Below, one piece after another: positions 18,719-26,003 of a stretch of 61,698 nucleotides of DNA (the first letter of the stretch is position 1; every line of letters starts with the position of its first letter). This DNA is from Actinomycetota bacterium. GTDB taxonomy: Bacteria; Actinomycetota; CADDZG01; WHSQ01. The notes beneath the pieces are model-generated. The model ran no database searches, had not been told where the DNA came from, and saw only the letters and a list, made by a program, of their open reading frames with translations. The stretch lies in NCBI GenBank assembly GCA_035540935.1, contig DATLFS010000118.1, forward strand, positions 1 to 61,698. Reading direction: 5' to 3'. Both the position numbers and the translations under genes were made by a program.

Positions 18719-19872
18719 GCCGCGCCCTCGCGGCCGTCGTCGCCGTCCTGCTGACGGCCGCCTGCGGCGCGCGCGACGACGTCTTCGAGACGCCGCCCGG
18801 GCTCCTCACCGAGAACGGGACGCTCGAGCTGCCGCCCGCGGTCCCCGCCGCGCCGGCCTTCGTCGTCAGCAGCGAGTCGCCGCCGGAGGATCTGGTCGGC
18901 TCGGTCCAGGAGACGCCGGGAGTCGCAGTCGCCGCTCCGGTCAGCCTCCGCCGGGTTCGGGTGGAAGGTCCCGCGGGCGCAGCGCGCCTCACGATCGGAA
19001 TGGTCCGCCCGCTCCAGTTCCGCTCCGTCGCCCCACCCGCCACGAGAGACGCCGACTTCGTGTGGTTCGCGCTGCTCTCGGGGCGCGCGGTGGTGACCTT
19101 CGAGGCGGCGGACGAACTCGGCCTCGACGAGGCGGGGGAGGTGCGGATCGCGGGAGTCGGAGACCTCGCGGTCGGCGCGTTCGCGGAGAACGGGACGCCG
19201 GAGAACGTGGCCGACGTGCTCGTCTCCGCCGAGTCCCCGACCGGCGAGGCGCTGAGCGCCGAGGCAGGCACGGTCGTCGTCGGAGCCGAGACCGGAACCG
19301 TGCTCGAACGGCTCGGGCGCGACCTGAAGCGCTCCGTCCCCGGCGCACGGCTCCGGCGGCTCACTCCCGAGGCGAACGCGCGCCCGCAGCCGGGCGGCGG
19401 CCGCGCCCCGGCGCCGGCCGGCGGCTCCTCGAACGGCGCCATCGGGGCGATGTCCTTCGAGATCCTCAAAGACGGCTTCATCCGGCCCGACCCCGTGTGG
19501 GTGCGGAGCAACATCGCCAGCGCCCCGGTGCCGGTCTTGGGGACGATCACCTGCCACCGGCTGATGTTCCCGCAGCTCCGCGGCGCCCTGACCGAGATCC
19601 AGCAACGTGGCCTCGACCGGCTGATCCGGCCGGGCGACTACGGCGGCTGCTTCGTGCCGCGCTTCATCGACCGCGACCCGTCGAAGCCGCTCTCGATGCA
19701 TGCCTTCGGGCTCGCGGTCGATCTGAACGTCTCTACCAACGGCCTCGGTACCCGCGGCGATATCGATCCCCGCATCGTCGAGGTGTTCGAGAAGTGGGGC
19801 TTCGAATGGGGCGGCAGGTGGAGCCGACCCGATCCGATGCATTTCGAGCTCGACCGCCTGCTATCCAACTGA
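18685..19872 (+). CDS. Paralogous lipoprotein: same N-terminal domain fused to an M15C-type (D-Ala-D-Ala carboxypeptidase/endolysin-like) peptidase domain
   Basis: Lipobox LLTAAC|GAR. C-terminal SMHAFGLAVDLN and WGFEWGGRW..DPMHFE. N-terminal domain is colinear with 17657..18718. Confidence 0.7.
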   Translation: MALRADRIPRLSRALAAVVAVLLTAACGARDDVFETPPGLLTENGTLELPPAVPAAPAFVVSSESPPEDLVGSVQETPGVAVAAPVSLRRVRVEGPAGAARLTIGMVRPLQFRSVAPPATRDADFVWFALLSGRAVVTFEAADELGLDEAGEVRIAGVGDLAVGAFAENGTPENVADVLVSAESPTGEALSAEAGTVVVGAETGTVLERLGRDLKRSVPGARLRRLTPEANARPQPGGGRAPAPAGGSSNGAIGAMSFEILKDGFIRPDPVWVRSNIASAPVPVLGTITCHRLMFPQLRGALTEIQQRGLDRLIRPGDYGGCFVPRFIDRDPSKPLSMHAFGLAVDLNVSTNGLGTRGDIDPRIVEVFEKWGFEWGGRWSRPDPMHFELDRLLSN

Positions 19873-19913
19873 TCCTCCCGGAGGCGCGACCGGGCGACGG
19901 TAGGCTGCAGGGC

Positions 19914-20645
19914 GTGAAGGGATCGCACTCGCTCGACCGCCTGCGTCTCCTCGGAGCCGCGGCGTGGGCCGCGGTCGCGGTGTCTCTCGCTCTCATCTTC
20001 TTCGTTGCCCGCGAGGCGGTCGCGGCCATGGGCGGCCAGCTCCAGAGGATCTTCTACGTGCACGTGCCGTCGGCCTGGATCGCCTACCTCGCGTTCGCGA
20101 TCGTGTTCGTCGCCTCGATCGCGTTCCTGCGGACGAACTCCCGCCGTTGGGATCTCCTGGCGCACGCGGCGGCCGAAGTCGGGGTCGTCTTCTGCACGCT
20201 CGTCTTGATCACGGGCCCGATCTGGGCGCGGCCGGTCTGGGGCACGTGGTGGCAGTGGGACGCGCGCCTCACCTCGGCTTTCGTGCTGTGGCTGACCTAC
20301 GTCGGCTACCTCTTCTTGAGGTCGTTCGCAACCGATCCCGGCCGGGCCGGCCGCGTCGCCGCGGTCGTCGGCATCGCCGGGTTCGTGAACGTCCCGATCG
20401 TGCATTTCTCCGTCCGCTGGTGGCGGACGCTGCACCCCCAGGGCCCGACGCCGGCCGACCCGAGCACCGGCTCCGGCCTCGGCGCGCCGGAGATGCTCGC
20501 TTTCTTCGTTTCGCTCGCCGCGTTCACGCTCCTGTTCGCCTACCTGCTCGCCGTGCGGGTGCGACTCGGTCGTCTCGCGGATCGGGCCGAAGCCGTCGAG
20601 GTACTGGACGCGCGCGACCGGCATCCGGTGGAGGCGACGGCGTGA
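19914..20645 (+). CDS. ccmC: Heme exporter protein CcmC
   Basis: WWD motif WGTWWQWDARLTS; about 243 aa, polytopic. GTG start after the M15 gene. Confidence 0.9.
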   Translation: MKGSHSLDRLRLLGAAAWAAVAVSLALIFFVAREAVAAMGGQLQRIFYVHVPSAWIAYLAFAIVFVASIAFLRTNSRRWDLLAHAAAEVGVVFCTLVLITGPIWARPVWGTWWQWDARLTSAFVLWLTYVGYLFLRSFATDPGRAGRVAAVVGIAGFVNVPIVHFSVRWWRTLHPQGPTPADPSTGSGLGAPEMLAFFVSLAAFTLLFAYLLAVRVRLGRLADRAEAVEVLDARDRHPVEATA

Positions 20646-20773
20646 GCGACGTGGCGTGGTTGTTCGTCGCGTTCCTCGCGGTGTGGGCGGGGATCGGGGC
20701 GTACCTGTTCACGATCGCGGCGCGGCAGAGACGGCTGGAGCGCCGTCTCGAAGACCTCGAGTCGCGACGCTGA
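20642..20773 (+). CDS. ccmD: CcmD-like small membrane protein (43 aa)
   Basis: GTGA overlap with ccmC. Single TM helix WLFVAFLAVWAGIGAYLF followed by a basic tail RQRRLERRLEDLE. Below the ORF-track size cut as a separate gene. Confidence 0.55.
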   Translation: MSDVAWLFVAFLAVWAGIGAYLFTIAARQRRLERRLEDLESRR

Positions 20774-20835
20774 CGCGCCGTCCGCACGAACGCGCGAAGT
20801 CGCAGGTCAGGGCGCAAATTCACAAGCGCGGTTAT

Positions 20836-20864
20836 TTGCCGTCCCTCGCGGCCGCCCGTAATAT
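20836..20864 (+). promoter_or_regulatory. Sigma-70/SigA-like promoter of the Rieske/b6 operon, giving a near-leaderless transcript
   Basis: TTGCCG (20836-41), 17-nt spacer, TAATAT (20859-64). The ATG at 20874 is only 9 nt after the -10 element. Confidence 0.4.
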
Positions 20865-20873
20865 GGCGCCGCC

Positions 20874-21239
20874 ATGAGAGACCGCCTCTTCCGGATCACC
20901 GACAAAGAGATGACCTGGACGCGGGCGATCTTGCTGGGCAGCCTGATCTGGATCCTCCTGATCATCGGGACGGGCCAGGTGCCCTCGTTCATCATCTATT
21001 GGATCGATCAGAACGTGGCATCCGTGATCGACTTCTCCAAGAACATCCCCGGAGTGAACGACGAAGGGCTCAACCCGAAGCAGATCCAGATCGTCCGCGA
21101 CCTCATCGCGAACGGCGTGCAGATGGGCTTCCTCATCGTCCTCCTGGCGTTCGCGTACTTCTGGCAAAAGAGCAAGCAGAAGCGCCTCGGCCTCAGAGGC
21201 CTGCAGGATCCCGTCAAGGGCTACATGTCGGGCAAGTAG
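20874..21239 (+). CDS. Hypothetical membrane protein, first gene of the Rieske/b6 operon
   Basis: 121 aa with two hydrophobic helices (AILLGSLIWILLIIG, GFLIVLLAFAYFW). No family recognised. Confidence 0.5.
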   Translation: MRDRLFRITDKEMTWTRAILLGSLIWILLIIGTGQVPSFIIYWIDQNVASVIDFSKNIPGVNDEGLNPKQIQIVRDLIANGVQMGFLIVLLAFAYFWQKSKQKRLGLRGLQDPVKGYMSGK

Positions 21240-21251
21240 AAGGTCGAGCGA

Positions 21252-21674
21252 ATGCCGAAGGCACCCGAGCCGCGGAAGATGGAGATCATCGAGAAGCCCA
21301 TCTTCCGAACCGATTACGAGATGCAGCTGGTCGATTCCGACTGGCTGAAGGGCGCGGTCAAGCCGAAGAACTTCATCGACTTCATCCCCGAGCAGTGCAT
21401 CCTCTGCGAGGGCTGCGTCGACATCTGTCCCTGGTATTGCATCCACATGGTCGATCCGGCCGCGGTGGAAGAGGCCGGCAACGTCGAGCTAGCGCGCATG
21501 ATGGGCGCGAACGACATCTTGTTCTTGATCGACGACAACGCGTGCACGAGGTGCAACCTCTGCGTCGAACGCTGCCCCACCGGCGCGATCGTCCAGAGCC
21601 AGGTCGCAGGCGGTAAGCGGAAGACGGGGGCCCGCGCCATGGGTGCGGTCCCGCAATCTCAGAAGGCGTCGTAG
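21252..21674 (+). CDS. 2x[4Fe-4S] ferredoxin-like protein (cytoplasmic; no signal or Tat motif)
   Basis: Two complete CxxCxxCxxxCP motifs: CILCEGCVDICP and CTRCNLCVERCP. 140 aa. Confidence 0.8.
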   Translation: MPKAPEPRKMEIIEKPIFRTDYEMQLVDSDWLKGAVKPKNFIDFIPEQCILCEGCVDICPWYCIHMVDPAAVEEAGNVELARMMGANDILFLIDDNACTRCNLCVERCPTGAIVQSQVAGGKRKTGARAMGAVPQSQKAS

Positions 21675-21687
21675 GAGGAGCACGGAG

Positions 21688-22461
21688 TTGGCCAAGTCGG
21701 AACGTTGGAACCCGAAGGAGAAGCTCGCCGAGCGCCTCGACGACCTCCATTCGAGCCAGCTATGGCGCGCGATCTTCCGGCCGGGCTCGATCTTCCGGCG
21801 CGGCTACGCCGACTCTCCCCGCAACCGCGCCTATGTCGTGATGAACTCGCTCCTGTATCACCTTCACCCCGTGAAGGTGAAGCGCCACGGGATCAAGCTC
21901 TCCTACACGCTCTGCCTCGGCGGTCTGTCGTTCTTCCTCTTCATCCTGCTGACGATCACCGGCATCTACCTGATGTTCTTCTACCGGCCGAGCGTCGAAG
22001 CCGTGTACGGAGACATGCTGAGGCTCCAGACGCAGGTCTCGTTCGGGCTGTTGGTGCGCAACCTCCACCGCTGGGGAGCCCACCTGATGGTGATCACGGT
22101 GTTCCTGCACATGGCGCGCGTCTTCTACACCGGCGCCTACAAGCCGCCGCGGGAGTTCAACTGGGTCGTCGGCGTCATCCTCCTTCTTCTGACGCTCCTC
22201 CTGGCGTTCACCGGCTACCTCCTCCCGTGGGACCAGCTCGCCGTCTGGGCGGTCACGGTGGGAACGGAGATGATGAAGAACTCGCCGGTCATCGGCGACC
22301 AGGTGCAGTTCGCGCTGCTCGGCGGGCCCATCATCGGGGCCGAGACGCTGCTCCGGTGGTACACCCTGCACGTGCTGTTCCTGCCTTTCATCATCGTGAT
22401 CTTCATCTCGATCCATTTCTGGCGCGTCCGTAAGGACGGCGGCATCTCGGGCCCGATGTAG
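21688..22461 (+). CDS. Cytochrome b6-type subunit (N-terminal four-helix half of cytochrome b)
   Basis: AGGAGG then TTG. HRWGAHLMVITVFLH (H-x13-H) and HVLFLPFIIVIFISIH (H-x14-H), LPWDQ. Ends RKDGGISGPM like PetB/QcrB. Conserved LCLGG Cys. Confidence 0.9.
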   Translation: MAKSERWNPKEKLAERLDDLHSSQLWRAIFRPGSIFRRGYADSPRNRAYVVMNSLLYHLHPVKVKRHGIKLSYTLCLGGLSFFLFILLTITGIYLMFFYRPSVEAVYGDMLRLQTQVSFGLLVRNLHRWGAHLMVITVFLHMARVFYTGAYKPPREFNWVVGVILLLLTLLLAFTGYLLPWDQLAVWAVTVGTEMMKNSPVIGDQVQFALLGGPIIGAETLLRWYTLHVLFLPFIIVIFISIHFWRVRKDGGISGPM

Positions 22462-22477
22462 GCGAGGGGACGATTCG

Positions 22478-23281
22478 ATGGCGACTCCCGAAGAGATCTA
22501 CGAACAGGTACTGAAAGAGGAGACCGACAAGGGCTCCTCGCCCGCGGTGGCGCAGGCGCGCGCGAAAGCGGCGCGGGTGCGCGCCGAGCGCGGCTCGAAG
22601 GATCCGGCGAAGCCCGATCCGGCGACCGCGCCGCGCAAGGGGGGCGAGGCGGCCAAGGCACCCGACGAGAAGGCCCCCGCGGCCGCCGCCGCGACCAAGC
22701 CGGCCGCGGCGCGTCCCGCGGCGCGGAAGCCGGCCGGTGCTCCGGCGGGCAAGGCGGCTGCCGGAGGTAACGGCGCCGCGGTGCCCGAGCGCGTTCAGCG
22801 CCTCCTCGCGGTGGTGAAGCCCGAGGCGATCCAGCGGGTCGAGCGCCAGCCGATGGACCGCGTCAACGTGTGGCCCCACCTGATGGCCGCGGAGTTCGTC
22901 TCACTCCTGGTCGTGATGGCGCTACTCACGATCTTCTCGACGATCGTCAACGCGCCGCTGCGGGAGCTCGCCAACTTCAACCAGACGCCGAACCCGTCGA
23001 AGGCGCCGTGGTACTTCCTCGGTCTGCAGGAGCTGCTCCGTTACTTCCACCCGCAGGTCGCCGGCGTGACCATCCCCACGGTCGTGATCATCGGGTTGAT
23101 GGCGGCTCCGTTCATCGACCGAAACCCGTCGACCAGACCCGACGACAGGAAGCTCGCGATTGTCGTCTTCTCGTTCTTCATGTTGACGTTCGCGGTGCTG
23201 ACCATCATCGGTATGTTCTTCCGAGGCCCCGGGTTCAACTTCACGTTCCCGTGGTCGGACGGCATCTTCTTCGAGTTGTAG
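22478..23281 (+). CDS. Subunit IV-like protein (C-terminal half of cytochrome b) with a roughly 125-aa Ala/Lys/Pro-rich N-terminal extension
   Basis: SKAPWYFLGLQELLR is colinear with PetD ILPEWYLYPVFQILR. 3 TM helices. N-terminal low-complexity region. Confidence 0.85.
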   Translation: MATPEEIYEQVLKEETDKGSSPAVAQARAKAARVRAERGSKDPAKPDPATAPRKGGEAAKAPDEKAPAAAAATKPAAARPAARKPAGAPAGKAAAGGNGAAVPERVQRLLAVVKPEAIQRVERQPMDRVNVWPHLMAAEFVSLLVVMALLTIFSTIVNAPLRELANFNQTPNPSKAPWYFLGLQELLRYFHPQVAGVTIPTVVIIGLMAAPFIDRNPSTRPDDRKLAIVVFSFFMLTFAVLTIIGMFFRGPGFNFTFPWSDGIFFEL

Positions 23282-23303
23282 CGACGAGCAGAAAAGGAGT
23301 TCC

Positions 23304-24098
23304 GTGAGCCCGGGAACCATCGCCCTCATCGTGATCGCCGCGAGCGTCGCCCTCTGGGCGCTCTTCATGGCGAACATCACGATCATGCGGCAGCGGAAGG
23401 CGCGCAAGGCTTTCGCCGCGCCGGCGGCGCCCGAGGGTCCGGCTCCCGTCCCGTCGAAGCACGAGGCGCCCGAGCCCGAGGTCACCGTAACGAAGGTCCC
23501 GGAGCGCCAGCGCAAGCCGCTGACACCCGAGCAGCTTGCGGTCTCCCGCAGGCAGTTCCTCAACCGCGCGTGGAGCGCGTCGTTCGGCGTCTTCCTCGGC
23601 GTCTTCGGGATGAGCACGCTGTCGTTCCTGTGGCCGCGCCTAACCGGTGGCTTCGGGACGCGCATCACGGTCGGCGACCACGAGGACATCCTGGCCGAGG
23701 TGGGCCCCGACGGTGGCTTCAAGCCTCGCTTCGTGGCCGAGGGCAGGTTCTGGCTCACCTATTACGACGGCACGGGCGAGGAGCCGTCCTACGACCTGGT
23801 GAACGCGGGCGACACCCAGCTCCTCGCGCTCTACCGGAAGTGCGTCCACCTCGGCTGCTCGGTACCGCACTGCGAGACGTCGTCGCTGTTCGAGTGCCCC
23901 TGCCACGGCTCGAAGTACCGGCTGAACGGCGAGTTCTACAGCGGTCCCGCGCCCCGGGGCCTCGACCGGTTCCCGGTCGAGATCGAGGGCGGCAACGTGG
24001 TGGTCGACACCGGCGCTCTCGTCACGGGCCCGCCGCGCGGCGTGAACACCTGGGACCGGTTCGCCGAGCCGGTCGGACCCCTCTGCGTGCCCGACTAA
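23304..24098 (+). CDS. Rieske [2Fe-2S] subunit
   Basis: CVHLGC...CPCHGS boxes. Internal Tat-like SRRQFLNRA preceded by an extra N-terminal TM helix. Confidence 0.9.
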   Translation: MSPGTIALIVIAASVALWALFMANITIMRQRKARKAFAAPAAPEGPAPVPSKHEAPEPEVTVTKVPERQRKPLTPEQLAVSRRQFLNRAWSASFGVFLGVFGMSTLSFLWPRLTGGFGTRITVGDHEDILAEVGPDGGFKPRFVAEGRFWLTYYDGTGEEPSYDLVNAGDTQLLALYRKCVHLGCSVPHCETSSLFECPCHGSKYRLNGEFYSGPAPRGLDRFPVEIEGGNVVVDTGALVTGPPRGVNTWDRFAEPVGPLCVPD

Positions 24099-24107
24099 GG
24101 AGACGAC

Positions 24108-25109
24108 GTGGACACCGGCGAGATCCTTCTGATCGCGCTCATCATCCTCGGACCCGCCGCGCTCTTGTGGGTCGTCTTCCTGGCGCGCAACCGCCCGCGC
24201 AACCCCGCCGCCTCGCTCGGCATCCCGAAGGCGATGCGCCCGGGACAACCCGACGAGGTGCTGGAGGGCCCGCGGCTCCAGCGCATCCAGGCCGTCGGCG
24301 TGGTGGCAACGCTCGCGACGGCGCTCTTCATCCCCGCGTACTGGCTGCCGGAGAACCAGCGCCAGGAGGCGTTCGCGGAGCATCAGCAGGAGACCTCAAT
24401 CGAACGCGGCCACCTCATCTACTCAGAGCCGCCGCCACTCGAGGAGGCCGAGGGCGCCGGGCCGCAGCGGTTCAAAGAGGTCGAGGAGGCGATCGCGCTC
24501 GGGCAGAACTGCATCGCCTGCCACGGGCCCGAAGGGACCGGCGGGCAGGTGCCCTTCGGGTACATCGACCCGGTCCTAGGACGCCAGGTCGACTACGTCG
24601 CGCCGCCCCTCAACAACGTCTTCACCCGCTGGGACGAGGAGGTCGTGCGCTTCACGATCGAACGCGGCCGCCCCGGCACCCCGATGCCCGCGTGGGGCGT
24701 CGACTACGGCGGCCCCATGACCGACATGATGGTCGAGGACGTCATGAACTGGCTCAGGTCGCTGCCCGAGAACCAGACGCCGCCGGAGCTGCCGGAAGGC
24801 TGCGAGGAACCCGAGGGCGACGACGTGTTGCGCTGCGGCGAAGAGATCTTCGCGGCGCGCTGCGCGGTGTGTCACGGTCCACAGGGCCAGGGGAAGGATG
24901 CCGACCCGTATTACCAGGGCATGGCCCTGTGGCAGGGCAAGGTCCGCCACCTGACGCGGGGCCAGCACCTCTTCACGGTCCAGAACGGGCGCCGCTTCGC
25001 GTTCATGCCCCAGTTCTCTGAGGCCCCGGCCCAAGGGATCCCCGTTCCGCCCTACCCGCTCACCGACGCCCAGATCGAGGCGGTCGTCGAGTACGAACGG
25101 AGCCTGTAG
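24108..25109 (+). CDS. Membrane-anchored di-heme cytochrome c
   Basis: N-terminal TM helix and two CxxCH sites (CIACHGPEG, CAVCHGPQG). Confidence 0.85.
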   Translation: MDTGEILLIALIILGPAALLWVVFLARNRPRNPAASLGIPKAMRPGQPDEVLEGPRLQRIQAVGVVATLATALFIPAYWLPENQRQEAFAEHQQETSIERGHLIYSEPPPLEEAEGAGPQRFKEVEEAIALGQNCIACHGPEGTGGQVPFGYIDPVLGRQVDYVAPPLNNVFTRWDEEVVRFTIERGRPGTPMPAWGVDYGGPMTDMMVEDVMNWLRSLPENQTPPELPEGCEEPEGDDVLRCGEEIFAARCAVCHGPQGQGKDADPYYQGMALWQGKVRHLTRGQHLFTVQNGRRFAFMPQFSEAPAQGIPVPPYPLTDAQIEAVVEYERSL

Positions 25110-25796
25110 ATGGACACCACCTTCATCACCGGCATGGCTGCGTTCATCTCGTCGGTGATCGTGTTCTGTGGGAGCGTCTGGCTGTTGCTGGCGGTTGTCA
25201 TGGGGTCGCGCCTGGCTTACTTCGTGACGGCGACGGTCACGCTCGCGTTCACGCTGATGATGGGCCTCGTGTGGTCGTTCACCCCGCTCGGCCCTCTCGG
25301 TGAGCTGCCGTCCTTCCAGCCGGAGGCGATCGGCGCCTCACCCTCCGAGCTCGACTTCGGTCAGGCGAGCGCGTATCCCGAAGGAGAGTGGCGGGTCCCG
25401 GACGCCGAGGACGAAACCGAGTCGCAACACGTCTCCGACCTCGAGAGCTCCGCCGGCGACTACCTCGAGCAGGCGATCGAGGAGGGCGAGGTCACCACGT
25501 TCGAGAGTGCCGGCGACGCACAGGTGGTCGCCGATTCGGCCCGACTGATCGAGATCGGCGGGACCGAGTACGGCGCCGTCCTGATGCAGCCCGCTCCCGA
25601 CGAAGGCGCCGAGGCAGAGACGGCGTCCGTCGGCGATCCGAACACGGTCCTGGTCGTCATGGAGTTCGACCCCGGCAACCCGCAGGGTCTCGCCCGCACG
25701 ATCACGATCGGCACACTGTTGCTGTTCCTGCTGCACATGTTCGGGCTGAGCCGCGCCGAGCGGCGCGCCCGTGAGCTGCGCGAGCAATACGCGTGA
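25110..25796 (+). CDS. Hypothetical membrane protein with an acidic extracytoplasmic domain, coupled to the cytochrome c gene
   Basis: ATG immediately follows the cytochrome c stop. 2 N-terminal TM helices and 1 C-terminal TM helix; central D/E-rich domain. Confidence 0.5.
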   Translation: MDTTFITGMAAFISSVIVFCGSVWLLLAVVMGSRLAYFVTATVTLAFTLMMGLVWSFTPLGPLGELPSFQPEAIGASPSELDFGQASAYPEGEWRVPDAEDETESQHVSDLESSAGDYLEQAIEEGEVTTFESAGDAQVVADSARLIEIGGTEYGAVLMQPAPDEGAEAETASVGDPNTVLVVMEFDPGNPQGLARTITIGTLLLFLLHMFGLSRAERRARELREQYA

Positions 25797-25993
25797 GGGG
25801 AGAAGAGCAGAAGGTGAAGCGAACGACGAAGTCACTCCGCCTGCCGCTCGCGGCGCTCATCGCGCTGCTGACGACCTCGTGCGGTGGCGGCGTCGACGCC
25901 GGCCGCAACGGCGGCGTGGCATTCGTGATCCTCACCGTCTTCCTGCTGATCGGCTGCGTCGTTCTCTACATCGCGCTCGGACGCGAGGACTAG
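25793..25993 (+). CDS. Small putative lipoprotein or membrane protein
   Basis: 4-nt overlap upstream. LLTTSC|GGG lipobox-like segment plus a C-terminal TM helix. 66 aa, possibly shorter from the GTG at 25814. Confidence 0.35.
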   Translation: MRGEEQKVKRTTKSLRLPLAALIALLTTSCGGGVDAGRNGGVAFVILTVFLLIGCVVLYIALGRED

Positions 25994-26003
25994 CCGCCCA
26001 CGC

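Noticed and set aside
20817-20826. TTCACAA half-site just upstream of the -35 element of the Rieske/b6 promoter, as a possible second Rex box.
   Set aside because: The partner half-site 12 nt upstream reads CAGGGC instead of TTGTGA. A single hexamer is expected by chance.
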